From NCBI RefSeq assembly GCF_006345805.1, contig NC_043005.1, forward strand, positions 17,794,001-17,858,000: 64,000 nt of DNA, read 5' to 3'. Of the stretch, positions 51,053-64,000 are shown piece after piece. The stretch is from Octopus sinensis (lineage: Eukaryota). The notes under the pieces were generated by a model. It saw nothing but the letters and a program-made list of their open reading frames with translations, was not told the DNA's origin and did not search any database. The first letter of the stretch is position 1; every line of letters begins with the position of its first letter. The position numbers and the translations under genes are program-made.

Positions 51053-51512
51053 TAAGGCAAAGGGTCATCAAGTTATCTACCGTGTGAGCAGAAATTGCTT
51101 CGAGGAAGGTTGTAGAGCAGAAAAACGGAGTCATGGATAGAGTAGAGGCAAACAGGGGCTCGGTCAAAGACGGTGGGGGTCGTTTTGGTAAGGAGTGCCT
51201 GAGTAAGACCTGAGACACTCGTGAATCCTAAGATGAAATCATTAATGATGTTATCCACATACATCATAAGATGACATGATGTATGTAAAAAATATTTTCT
51301 ATCATTCTCTGTCTATATTTTTCCTATATATTTTGCTTGTGTCTAGATGTGTCTGAGGTGTTGCTCACATTCCTTTAGAATTGCTACTGCTGCTACTACT
51401 GCTACTACTTCTACTATTTTATACGTTATTTGATTTATCTCGGTCTTATTGACGTTTGAAATCTATTTCCAATATATTTATGATTTAGGTCACTTTTATT
51501 ACTGTCGCTACG

Positions 51513-51646
51513 CTTCTTCTTCTTCTTCTTCTTCTTCTTCTTCTTCTTCTTCTTCTTCTTCTTCTTCTTCTTCTTCTTCTTCTTCTTCTTCTTCTTCTTC
51601 TTCTTCTTCTTCTTCTTCTTCTTCTTCTTCTTCTTCTTCTTCTTCT
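51513..51646. repeat. (TTC)n microsatellite
   Basis: Direct reading. Confidence 0.97.
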
Positions 51647-51699
51647 TGTCCTCCTCCTCCACCTCACTTGCTCTCATCATCACTAGCAACAACAATAGT

Positions 51700-53100
51700 A
51701 AGACTTTTTCTCGCTGGCGTGGCTGCTACAAAAGAGAACATTCAGCTCTCTCCCTAGAGGATAAATCCAACAAAAAGGACCAAGCAGGGCATTCCTCAGC
51801 CCAGCTCTTCCTCTCCCCATCACTCAAATACTCCTCAAACACAGACACTCACACAAATACGAATGTACTCACATCGATATCCAAGACAAATTCCACCGAC
51901 TCTGGTTCTTCTACATCTCGAAGTGAAGATGAAGAGGAACCCCCAAAACTAATAAAGAAACAAAAACAAAAGAAGGGAAGAATAAAACAACATACAAATA
52001 CAATAAAACACATATAACATATTATAAAAACAAATACCCTGAAGGGGTTGTAAATTTTTCAAAAGATGTTAGCAAAAGACTTTACTAAGAACTGCTTAAG
52101 AAAATGCCCACATCTAACCAGACGGTCGAACACCTATTCCCCGTCCCTCACAAAACTACGGTAAGTAGTCCTCTTCCTCTCCTCTTCATCTATTTCATTG
52201 TCCAACATGGCCTTGCTCAGAGTAGGCACTATAAATGTAAATGACCTGGGGTTGCCATGGAAACTGGTCCATACTCATTGATACTAAGTCACCAAGTTTA
52301 CATACCGTGGCTGTCATTGAGACCATGCTCTCCGACCGACAAGATTTCACGCTCATTTTCGGTCGATACGTGGAACTGCGTTGTTGTTCCGGAGAGGTCA
52401 GGATCTGAAGATAAGAGCCATCTTCTTGGACCCAGAAGGTAAATCGGTAGTCTTGGCCGTGAATGGTAGCGACGGGGGCACTTTTAGACTAGAGGCTGTT
52501 TATGCTTCGACAGGGGCAGGACAGCCAAATTTCTTCAGACATCTGGAAGATTTCCTGGGAACGTTGACCTTTAGTGTTAATGGATGACTTAGATTGTTTG
52601 AGGCTAGTTGTTAGAAGAGTGGGTGCAAAAGCTTCGCAAATGTCTTCCGGCGTTTTAAGCTATCAGACAAGTACCGCTAGATTTCCCGAATATGAAAGCA
52701 TAGAGATGGACGAACCGCATCGGTTCATCTAGACCGTATCTAAAGCATTCTTTAGGACAGTAGGTAAGTGTAGTATGAGTTGTCCACTTTTTTAAATCGT
52801 CGGCTTCACAGACCATGAATTTGTGATCTGCACGGTCAACTTGAACTTCGTAGGCAGGGATCCGGTTACTGGAAGCCGAACAAATGATTCTTAGTGTGCC
52901 AAGCTTACAGAGACTGGATTAGTGAATTAGTTAAGCGGGCTTTGACGGGAGTCAATCGTCAACAACAAATGATAGTTTCACCTGAAAAGGACAACTAAAA
53001 TAAAATCAGTTGGGTTTAGTTACGCATTGGCAATAGGAAGAAATAGAATAGAGGGAAACTTAGAAACTTGGATGAGGCGCTTAGAGAAGGCCACTGCATG
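51700..53100 (+). pseudogene. Decayed Tx1-like LINE: ORF1 end plus ORF2 APE region
   Basis: ATG at 52207 MALLRVGTINVNDLG.PWK; LDPEGKSVVLAV..FRLEAVYA..FFRHLEDFL; GFTDH; GSGYWKPN; homologous to 22600-23535. Confidence 0.82.
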
Positions 53101-53119
53101 AGATTATTGTTATTATTAT

Positions 53120-53332
53120 TGAGGCGAACTGATAAAATCGTTACCAATTCGAGAAAAATGCTCAGCAGCATATTGGTCGTCTGCACCTTCTGAGTTCAAA
53201 TTCCGCTGAGGACGACTTTGTCATTCAATCTTTCGGGGGTCGATAAATTAAGTACCAGTGAAACACTGAGGTCAAGGTAATGGACTAGTCTCCTCCCACC
53301 AAATATCGGGGCTTGTGCCTTAAGTAGAAAGG

Positions 53333-53385
<53 letters not shown>

Positions 53386-53600
53386 GGCAGCAAGCTGGCA
53401 GAATCGTTACCACGCCGGACGAAATGCTTAGCGGTATTTTGCCCGTCGTTACGTTCTGAGTTCAAATTCCGCAGAGGTCAACTTTGCCTTTCATCCTTTC
53501 GGAGTCGATGAAATAAGTTCCTGTTACGCACTGGAGTCGATGTAATCGAACTGCCACACACTCAGAATTTCAGGCCTTGTTCCTACAGTAGAAAGGATTA
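53120..53600 (+). mobile_element. Two tandem SINE A copies separated by (ATT)n
   Basis: Two GAGTTCAAATTCCGC B-boxes; AGTAGAAAGGATTATT tails. Confidence 0.85.
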
Positions 53601-53628
53601 TTATTATTGCTCTTATTATCAACATCAT

Positions 53629-54400
53629 GTGGAGGCGCAATGGTCCAGTGGTTAGGGCAGCGGACACGCGGTCATAGGATCGCAGTTTCGATTCCCAGAC
53701 CATGCGTTGTGAGTGTTTATTGAGTGAAAACACTTAAAGCTCCACGAGGCTTCCGCAGGGGGTGGTTGCGAACCCTGCTGTACTCTTTCACCACAACTTT
53801 CCCTCACTCTTTCTTCCTGTTTCTGTGGTACCTGTATTTCAAAGGGCCAGCCTTGTCAAACTCTATGTCACGCTGAAACTCCCCGGGAACTACGTTAAGA
53901 GGTACTTGTGTCTGTGGAGTGCCCAATCACTTGCATGTTAATTTCACGAGCAGGCTGTTCCGTTGATCGGGTCAATTGGTACCCTCGTCGTCGTAACCGA
54001 CGGAGTGCTCCTTGAGTGGAAGCGCAATGGTCCAGTGGTTAGAGCAGCGGACACGCGGTCATAGGATCGCGGTTTCGATTCCCAGACTGGGCATTGTGGG
54101 TGTTTATTGAGAGAAAGCACTTAAGGCTCCTCGAGGTTCCGACAGGTGGTGGTAGCGAACCCTGCTGTACGCCTTCGCCACAACTTTCTCTCACTCTTTA
54201 TTCCTCTTTCTGTTGTACCTGTATTTCAAATGGCCAGCCTTATCACACTCTCTGTCACGCTGAATCTCCCCGAGAACTACGTTAAGGAACCACTTGCCAG
54301 TGGAGTGCTCAGCCACTTGCACGTTAATTTCAATTTCACGAGCAGGCTGTTCCGTTGATTGGATCAGCTGGAACCCTCGTCGTCGCAACCGACGGAGAGC
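53629..54400 (+). mobile_element. Two tandem full-length SINE C copies
   Basis: GTGGA.GCGCAATGGTCCAGTGG at 53629 and 54017, each ending AACCGACGGAG. Confidence 0.92.
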
Positions 54401-54666
54401 CGTCGTAGTAATCACCATCATAAGTAAAGCATCGGATGAAATGATTTACAGTATTTCGTTGCGTTTCTTTTTACGTTTTATCTAAAAAAAATCTCCCCAG
54501 AGGTCGACTTCGTCTTTTATTGCTTCTAGGATCGATTCTGTAATTTCCAGTGGTGTACTGGGAATCTGTTCTCGCAGCTATTCTCTTTCCCTCCTCGAAA
54601 AGTGTCTTGCCTTCTATGTCAATTTAACAAATCGATATTTTATCTGCCACCTAAGCTCTCTTTCGC

Positions 54667-54668
<2 letters not shown>

Positions 54669-54721
<53 letters not shown>

Positions 54722-54793
54722 ACACACACACACACACGTATGTGTATGTGGGAATTTCTTTGAATGTTTATATATGTCTATTTTATCTATCAA

Positions 54794-54847
<54 letters not shown>

Positions 54848-54913
54848 ATCTACCTGTCTTTCAGTCTGTTTGCCTGCCTGTCTGTCTGTCTATTTATTTA
54901 TTTATTTATTTAT

Positions 54914-54970
<57 letters not shown>

Positions 54971-54973
54971 ATC

Positions 54974-55033
<60 letters not shown>

Positions 55034-55050
55034 CTATCTATTTATATATC

Positions 55051-55144
<94 letters not shown>

Positions 55145-55145
55145 G
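54669..55145. repeat. (CA)n/(TCTA)n/(TCTG)n microsatellites
   Basis: Direct reading. Confidence 0.95.
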
Positions 55146-56547
55146 TATTGCCCTTAGCCCTCGTTCTTAAGCTCTCTTTTTCTTTATCTTTCTTCATTAA
55201 TCTCTCTCCTTCCGTTCTAACCGTAACGTCTAACCACATTACCTTTCTCCACTATTCACTTAGTTCCTCTCTCTGTCTCTCTCTGTCTGTCTCTCTCTTT
55301 CTCTCTTTTTATCATTTTCTTTTATTTTCGCATTCAACTCCCTCCCCTCTCCTCTTTCTCTTCCTACCTTTCTGTCATTCAGTGTCTCTCTCTCTCTCTC
55401 TAGAAGAACGATATCTTTATACTACGAAACCGTTAGAGACCAAAACGTGAGATTAAACCACATGCCACTTCTCAATTTTTCTGTCTCCGATTTGGTTTTC
55501 TCTCTGTTCCTCAATCACTCTATTGAACCGTTTTCCACATGATTGAGTGGCGCCACGTAGAAAACATTCTGTAATTTACATTTAGGGTTCTGTGTAGACT
55601 TTCAAATGCATAATTAAAATCACGGTAACATCGTGTTTCTTCTTTCTCGTTCTTTTGGCATCGCTATTAATCAGAAGATACAATTTCCTGTCGAATGTCT
55701 GCTAAATATCAATCACTTAATTAAAATAAGCGTTATTAGTAATATACAGACAAAATACAAAAAAAAAAAATACAAAAAAATACAAAAAAAAATACAAAAA
55801 AAAGAACAAGTAAGAACGACAACAAAAACAAAGATATAATTAACCAAAAAAAATAAACAAAATAAATAAAAGAAAGCACAAATACATACAATAAGGCTGG
55901 GTCGATGTTTTATTCTGCTTTCTAAATACGACGAGGAAACTTACGTTAGATTAACCCAAACACCCGTACACTTCTAAGAATCTATTTCCTCCCTAAACTT
56001 GAGGTTCCTATAATTTTTTCTTTTACTTCTACTACCACCACCACTACAATCTCCCCCCACCGCCAGCACCAGCACCAGCATCAACAGCATCACCAGCATC
56101 ACCAGCATCACCCCAAACCCAATGCCATGTTGCCACCGACATTCCCCCCATCCCCGTCGCTGAGCCACTGCCACTGCCACTACCTGTATCGTTTCCTGCT
56201 CATTAATCACTTTAATTTTATAAACGATTACACAACTTTCAGAGAGATTACTGGTAATGAAGGAAACGGAAGAAGAAAAGAATCGATTCTTCGGTTTAAT
56301 AGAGACTTGTATTCATTGTCTTTTATTCTATTATTCTTTTACTCGTTTCAGTCTTTTGACTGCGGCCGTGCTGGAGCACCGCACATATGTATATATATAT
56401 ATATATATATTATATTAAATTAGAGATAAAACCACTATTAGGCAAATCAAACAATGAAAAACCTAAGCCAATACATAAAATTAATTAATTTACATTATTT
56501 TAAATATATATCAAAAATATTAAAAGTTTAATAAAAGATAATGAGTA

Positions 56548-56620
56548 AAACACTACGGTCGTTTCATGGCTGTCCAATTCGTAATAATTCGAGTTATGGT
56601 TACAGTCAATCTTCAGGTAA
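56548..56620 (-). ncRNA. Degenerate type I hammerhead fold
   Basis: Minus strand TAC-CTGAAGA-tTGACTGT...ACAGCCAt-GAAA-C-GACC-GTA-GTG; the base of stem II is mismatched. Confidence 0.55.
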
Positions 56621-56757
56621 TTGAAATATCTAAAATATAATCAGAAATATTTAAACAATATTCTTAAGATATAAATAATATAATAATTTTACTTATAATA
56701 AACTCTATTATCAAACTAGAAACATAGAACTTAACAATTATGATTATATCAAAATCG

Positions 56758-56807
<50 letters not shown>

Positions 56808-56880
56808 TACATAAACACACACAGAGGTTTGTAGCTGTATACTCAACACGCAAGAATTGAACACCTATTTGGTATATCTT

Positions 56881-56973
56881 AAACTACCTCTGACGAGATT
56901 CGACTTCCAAATCATTTTTAATTTTATTAATTAATTTTCTGAAGGACTAGAATTGAAACAGCTGTAAGAGTTT
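56881..56973 (+). ncRNA. Type I hammerhead ribozyme fold
   Basis: AAACT(ac)CT-CTGACGA-GATTC...GAATT-GAAA-C-AGCT-GTA-AGAGTTT; palindromic ACAGCTGT; core context shared with 4289-4433. Confidence 0.75.
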
Positions 56974-57340
56974 TTCAATTTTTTAATTAATATATAATAA
57001 TTTATTATTTATCTCTCTATTAATATTTGAAATTTTAATTAAAGATATATAAAACTATGAAAAATATAGATAATAGGACTAATAATGCTGATTAAACTAG
57101 GGGTGTACGAGTATTTAGATTTCAGCGGACATACATGATTCAATATAACCGTCACAATATTCACTTCCATACACAACTATTCTTTTAATAACAATAAACA
57201 TAGGTTTTCTACCTCCTTAGTCAAAATGGAAGAGGTTACATATAGATTGCGGTAGTCTATTATTAAAGCTGCCAAACCTTATTAAGAATCAGGCCAAGGG
57301 TATTATGTTTACGTTAGGCACTTGCCATTTTTAAAGCTGA

Positions 57341-58499
57341 CAAGCAGCATAGCCCGGCGTTGCCCGGGTATGTAAGAGCCCCTAGTAGGCAACGACTAAT
57401 CCCAATCTAGTCCTTTCCCTCTAGGGAACGAAGGCGCATGTGTAGGTTGCAATGTCTTCTCTTCACTCCCAAATAACTATCAAACAGTTATCGATAATTC
57501 AACCCAACCAATTCCTACCATGAAGAAATTACATTCGAGACTTTACCCCCAACACCGCCACTTCTGCTAATAGCTGCTGCAGCCGCAAGTTATTCGAATA
57601 CTTTTTTGTTTAAACTTTCTTTATAACTACCACCCCAAAAGTTTTACTTTAAATTTTTGACGTACCCTAAGCGTCCTCGGACGCTACTTGCAAACTCTTG
57701 GTTTATTATAAACCGCTTTTGTCGTGTGTGCACCAAAAACCTTTCCATTCGTTTGTTCAGTTTGGTCACTTTTGACTTTTTCGTTGTTGTCACTCACATG
57801 CTGCCCGCTTTTTTACCGTTTTTGTACATTTTATACATTTTGGGATATTTACCCCACGTGTTCCGAGAGAGTTAAAAAGGTCGAGTTGCGTCCCCTAGAC
57901 AGTCTGTGGTTTGTGTTTAATACACAAATCGGTTTGCTATGTGTGCCACATATGATTTAATTAACCGATTTTTTCCAGTAATAAAGTAGCCTATTGCAAT
58001 AAAAAGGGCCATATAGCTCCTTGGAGCAGACATGATGCTCGCTGTGAATTTAAAAAAAAATTCCTGCCAATTTGTGAAAGATATTGTCGAAAATATGTCA
58101 TCTTGAATTCGAACGCGATTTCCCAAAATGGTATGATTTTATCGATTTTTTCTGATGGTAACGTATTGCATGGAAAACTAACGTCAGAATTAAGTTTCTT
58201 AGGGTAACATTAAGCTTCACCATGAGTGAAAATCGATTGCAAGTTGCGAAAACTACAACAGAAAATGTGTTGCATATAAAAAGCTTAGATTCTCGACCCC
58301 ATGTCAAATTTGTCGATTTTTTTTCAGAACTGGGGGAACTGTTCAAAATTTTCGCTGCGTTAGTTTTGAATTATGACATTGGGCTATGTTTGTGTCAAGT
58401 TTCATCAGAATCGGTTGAAAGCCGTGGTGAGGGTGAGGGTACAACCTGACAGACACACAGACACACAGACAGACAAACTGCCGTTTATATATAGAGAGA
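57341..58499 (-). mobile_element. Non-autonomous Helitron (about 1.16 kb)
   Basis: Minus strand A|TCTCTCTATATATA 5' end; CCCGGGCAACGCCGGG hairpin; 3' CTTG|T (CTAG variant); ends match the 14977 element. Confidence 0.82.
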
Positions 58500-58965
58500 T
58501 AATCGGCGCCTATGTAATAAGCGAAACGAAGTCTCTAACTACATTATGCAGAATTAACAATAATCTATTTGTCTTTATGTAATCCGTCTACTCTTAATAT
58601 ATATTTGCGGAACTTTACAAGCTTCCATAATATATGCCTCATGTACATTTGTCCTAATTCTCATTCACCTTGTTCAAATCTTTTGACGTCTATCTCTGCA
58701 TTCAGTCATATATAATACAGCACAATCATCATTTTATTACAGAAGTTTAAAAGATTTTACTTGACTCAGGAACGTTATTTTCTCAAACTAAACACAAAGG
58801 ACTAATATCGAAAAGTGAAAATGATATTTACAAAAAGATTTAAACTCTGGGTCACTCGATCGTCGTCATACGATCTGTCTGTCTGTCTGTGTCTGTCTGT
58901 CTGTCTCTCTGTGTATGTTTGTATGTATGTATGTATGTATGTATGTATGTATGTATGTATGTATG

Positions 58966-59003
<38 letters not shown>

Positions 59004-59181
59004 CATGCAGAAGAGTGCGCGTCGTAATTATTAAGATAAAACTTACTTGGAAAAGGATGCGTGGCGTTAAATCATATAATAATAAATAAATATATGCATA
59101 TATACATACATATATGTACATACCTACATATATATGTATATATACAGCATGTATGGGTACAGGACATAAAAATACGTTGAA

Positions 59182-59222
<41 letters not shown>

Positions 59223-59322
59223 NNNNNNNNNNNNNNNNNNNNNNNNNNNNNNNNNNNNNNNNNNNNNNNNNNNNNNNNNNNNNNNNNNNNNNNNNNNNNN
59301 NNNNNNNNNNNNNNNNNNNNNN
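59223..59322. other. Assembly gap (100 N)
   Basis: Run of N. Confidence 0.99.
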
Positions 59323-59625
59323 GGCGTCCATCTTACTTTCTGCCTCATCGAACACCCCTATGTAAATGAATGTGGTTTATTTGATAAGATCTTCAGGTAT
59401 CCATGAAGAAATGTCAGCAGGAACTTTAGCTACATTCTTCGACATTGAGAACAGATGAGTTATATTAGTATACGCTCATACACACAGACATACACACACA
59501 CACACGCACACACACATGCACACACACACACAAAATATACATATACGCACACAGAGAAATAGATCCACATATACAAATACACACACAGCTGCACAAGCTC
59601 TCTCCCATAGATACAACTACATACA

Positions 59626-59680
<55 letters not shown>

Positions 59681-61185
59681 CATATATGCATGAACAAGAA
59701 GCATACTCGTACTGACAAACTTTAATAAATGAGATTCTCCATTGTGTGAAGGTCTCATAAGATTTGCAATGTTATAATTAAAGTATTTTGTTCAGCAAAC
59801 AAATAAAATTACTTAGAATTTTGTGCTGAACATTTTAGCGAAAGCAAATGATTTAGTGAAAGATATGAACACTCAAGAAGCTGATCATAAAAATACTGAA
59901 TGAAAATTACTCGAAAGCTTAAGACGACATCAGAAATGATTTAATAAATTTAAGGTAATTTCAATAACCTTGTAAGATTATTCTTGGGTATCGAAATGGC
60001 TGTGTGGTAAAGCGTTCAGTTTTACAACTGCCTGATTGCCATTTCGATCCCACAGCGTTGCAAATCATTGCCTCGGATTTCTCAATACGTTGTTACTGGA
60101 TCTTATTTGACAGAAACAATATGGCATCTCGCCGGAGAGACAGCTTCCATCTCGAGGTGATAAAATTTCCTCCTGTGGACACGCTATGAAAACAACGTAA
60201 TATCGTAGGTGGTTGACCTGTTTAGAACCCTGAGTAATTTACTCTACTTAAGACCTTGAAGAGGATTTGAACTTCACAATTCAGAAACTTCCTTTTTAAA
60301 AGTGAATATGACTCGATACCATTCAAGGACAACTTCAATATTGAGCCAATCAGCAAACGTTTCCGTCAGTGATTTTTCAGTCTTTTGACTTCTTGGAAAA
60401 ATAGAAATTAAATTTAAAAGTTACTGGTGTACTTCAAATGGAAAGTTGATAAACGAAAACTGCTTTGAAGTTTAACATTTTAAAATTTTGTAATTTGTCT
60501 GATGTGTTGCAATATGTAGATGATGTAATTGTTTGAAAAAAAGAAAGCGTTTGAGCAGATCAAATGAGAAGTTAAAGAAATGTGTTAAATAATGTCAATA
60601 AGAGTAAAGATATTGTATTACCATACACAGGTTGTTTAGTCATCTTTTGATATTTCAGGAAAGATCCTCCTTTTCAAATATAAGAGTGCACATATTCAAA
60701 GAGGTTCTGAGAAATGTGTCGGTACCAGCTGGCCATTCAGATATGCTATTCCATTACCTGACATATTGGCCTAACTTCTCAAATTGCTCAAATACATTTC
60801 AAAGACATTTCAAACATTTATATAATGAAAGATTTAGAAAAAAAACATGGAAAACATGGAAAAAAAACATGGATTTAGAAAAAAAAACCATACATGTAAA
60901 ACAAAACTTTGAATAACCATTTTTCAGATCTTTAAATTTTAAAATTATACTTTTAAAAATCTACGGTGCACCTAGATATACTTTGCGACGTACCATTGCA
61001 GAACCGGACACCTACGTGGCTGTTTGACTTGCAACAAATAGCAGCCTAATCTCTCTTAAAATCATACATTAGTACAGTTCTAGATATACCAAAGGACAAC
61101 AAATTCATAACTGGAAAACTTTTGATCAATCATCGATCTGCCTAATCAGTATCGATTCGGAGCTGAACAACAACCACAACAAAAA

Positions 61186-61216
<31 letters not shown>

Positions 61217-61604
61217 AATGACAAAGACGACTACACCAAAAAACTCGCATTATGAAAGGCTTAGTAATTGAGTCTATCACAGTTATGAGGGGTGAGAGTA
61301 TGGGTATGTAATCTAAAAAAACCAAATCATTTTACTCTAGAATAAAGAAAAAAGATTAAAGTACTCTCAAAATACTGCAGTAAAATAACATATCTTAATG
61401 GTTTCCATTAACTCCCGCCAATTTATAGATCAGACGATAAACTTGACTCCGTATTTTATTCAATTTCATCTCCTACTTCATTAAATGTTTTCTTTCCTTC
61501 GTTTATTTATTTCTCCTGTATATGTTAAATTTCTCCTCCATTTTTGCTATTAAGTTTTTCTTTTAATTCTTCACACATTTATTTTTATTTTACCCCCAAT
61601 TCTC

Positions 61605-61673
61605 TCTCTCCCGTCTCTCTCTCTCTGAATATATATACACATATATATATACATATATTTATGCATATGTATG

Positions 61674-61723
<50 letters not shown>

Positions 61724-61745
61724 CATAAATATTTATATATATGTA

Positions 61746-61788
<43 letters not shown>

Positions 61789-61910
61789 TATACATATACA
61801 TATGAATATATGTGTATGTATGTGTATATATATGTGCGTGTGTGTATTTGTATATGTATGTATTATGTGTGTGTGCGTATATAGGTATATAAATATATAT
61901 GTATATGGAT
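61605..61910. repeat. (CT)n/(TA)n/(TG)n microsatellite
   Basis: Direct reading. Confidence 0.93.
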
Positions 61911-62814
61911 GTGGGCACTTTTCTACAGATCATTTATTTTCATTTAGCAGCTAACTATTTTTGTTGAGCTCATTTTGTTCTTTATCTTATTTCTCTCTAT
62001 TGTTGTTGTCTTGTTTTTTATTTTCAATTAAGAATACAACATGTTGCGGTATTCTGAGATTTTCACATCTGTTACTGATACTGCAATACGTCTCAGTAAA
62101 ATGGGAATAAAGAGGGCTTCCCAGCTTTTTCAACGTGGTCACACGCATGCCTATCACTGTTCTGTACGTTAGCGATTCATAGGGGTTGATGCTAGTCGCC
62201 GGTCAACCTACGATCAACGACATTTTTGGTATGACCACCTTGTCTTATTTTTGGACTACAGTTATTCAATATGCTTTTTGTTAGCTTTTTAAACGGTAGG
62301 CCATGGAGATTTGGCTTCTAATGATATACGGGCTGGTCCCGTGCCGTAAAAAGTGATGGCTAATTGCAGTATTTTATATATAAATAAGGACAAAAGATAG
62401 AATATGGATGGTAAATCAAATTAACACACTTGTCAATGTTATCTAGTGGTTGTCTTTTGAGTGTGACATCGACCATATTTTGTTATTGAAAGAAAGCTGG
62501 TTCACATATTTCCCATGTACACGCATACACAGGCACATATATGCTGACACAGAGTTGAAACGCTGTTTGATTTTTCGTTTCGGCGTCGAATGTTCACCAT
62601 CCCACTTCCATTGCACGCACACACACAAACATTCACATACCTCCCTTTTACATACACACACATATACACACATGATTTTTTTTCACTGTAGGATTTTCAT
62701 CATCCCACGACCAAGTTTGCTATCACTCCTTCCTTCCTTATTCACCTATCACCCCTTCCTTTCTCATTCATATGTTGTGACAGAGAAAAACACAAGTGTT
62801 ATTATAGTAGATAT

Positions 62815-63018
62815 CTTTTATCGTTTGTCTCAGCCATTAGAGTGCGACCATGGTGGGGCACTGCCTTGAAGAATTTTAGTCGAATCGACCCCAGTACTTA
62901 TTATACTGAAAGCTGGTTCAGAGTTTATCGGTCTATTTTGTCGAACGCTAAGTTACGAACCAACACCGGTTTTCAAGTAGTGGTGGGAGAAAAATACAGA
63001 CACACAGACACACGCACG

Positions 63019-63066
<48 letters not shown>

Positions 63067-63240
63067 ATATACACAACGGGCTTCTTTCTGTTTCCATCTA
63101 TCACATCCATTCACAAGGCTTTGGTCGGACCAAGGCTGTAGAGGAAGACACTTGCTCAAGGTGTCACGCAGTGGGTCTGAACCCAGAACCATGCAGTTGG
63201 GAAGCAAACTTCTTACCACACCGCTGCGTTTGCGCTTATA
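62815..63240 (-). mobile_element. SINE family B, diverged
   Basis: CACAAGGCTTTGGTCGG..GACACTTGCTCAAGGTG..GAACCCAGAACC..CTTACCACAC. Confidence 0.8.
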
Positions 63241-63879
63241 CGCACGATTTTTCAAAAAGGATGCATAAATGCTCACCCGCCCCACACGTTCTTCATAAAA
63301 ATATTTTTTTATACGAAACAGGCTGAAACTGTGGTTCATTGTTTGACTGACGAACACATTTGATAAGAGACGTTGAATTTCTTTTATGTGTTTTAAATAT
63401 TTAAAACCCGTATTGAAGAAACAACTTTCATATTTATTCCATTGACATTAAAATGAGCTGAGTTCTAACTGGTTGAACCATAAAACACCGCTACTCATTG
63501 ACGAGCCGTAATAACTTCCATTATGTTCAAATATATTAGCTAATAAACGGTAAACTCATCTTCGTATTCTATCCAAAATGAAACTGCTTTAATGCATTTA
63601 TTTTATTTCATTTTATCGTTGTGCTTGTACACATTTCATTTTATGTTCTAAAATTTCCATATATGGAAACATTTTTATTTTCCATTAATTTTCATTAACT
63701 TGTCAACGAAAATTCTCTCTTCCTCTCATTCTTCTTTCTCACTCTGAACCCTGCCTCTCTTTTTTCCTCACTATGTCTCCTCTGCTTGTCTTTCTTTATA
63801 TCTTTACGTTATTTTTCTTGGATAACAGAAGAAAAATATGAGAAAGCTGGTTTGCGTCTTCTGTTTTTCATTCTTGTAT

Positions 63880-64000
63880 ATATTTCTTTACTACCCACAA
63901 GGGGCTAAACACAGAGGGGACAAAAAAGGACATACAAACGGATTAAGTCGATTATATCGACCCCAATGCGCAACTGGTACTTAATTTATCGACCTCGAGA
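63880..64000 (-). mobile_element. SINE family A 3' part (runs off the window)
   Basis: TATTTCTTTACTACCCACAAGGGGCTAAACACAGAGGGGAC. Confidence 0.88.

Noticed and set aside
59325-59402. Minus-strand CTGAAGA plus hairpin plus GAAA
   Set aside because: GAAA is not adjacent to the stem, there is no stem III or cleavage triplet, and it lies next to an assembly gap
59700-60800. Possible decayed hAT transposase
   Set aside because: Only vague resemblance; no motif or TIR could be confirmed

Overview
AT-rich, microsatellite-dense eukaryotic DNA with no recognisable host protein-coding exon. It is probably intronic or intergenic coleoid cephalopod (Octopus-like) sequence; this is an inference from the SINE and microsatellite content. 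Almost all listed ORFs are translations of microsatellites. The window is built from repeats: four tRNA-derived SINE families (my labels A-D), decayed Tx1/L1-clade LINEs, R4/Dong- and HERO-type restriction-like-endonuclease retrotransposon fragments, CR1-group and RTE remnants, a decayed Penelope-like RT, a mariner pseudogene, MITEs and two non-autonomous Helitrons. The most striking hidden signal is non-coding. Short islands between (TA)n tracts carry type I hammerhead ribozyme folds: six with a canonical CUGANGA/GAAA core, plus a five-copy family and one relative with a minimal, atypical core. This points to Penelope-associated or retrozyme-like non-autonomous ribozyme elements. Other notable items are apparent microsatellite-specific targeting (Tx1 in (TCTA)n, Dong in (TAA)n), head-to-tail SINE concatemers joined at one recurrent site, a 300-bp hairpin and a 6.3-kb span bounded by inverted repeats. 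All alignments and folds were done by eye, so boundaries are approximate.
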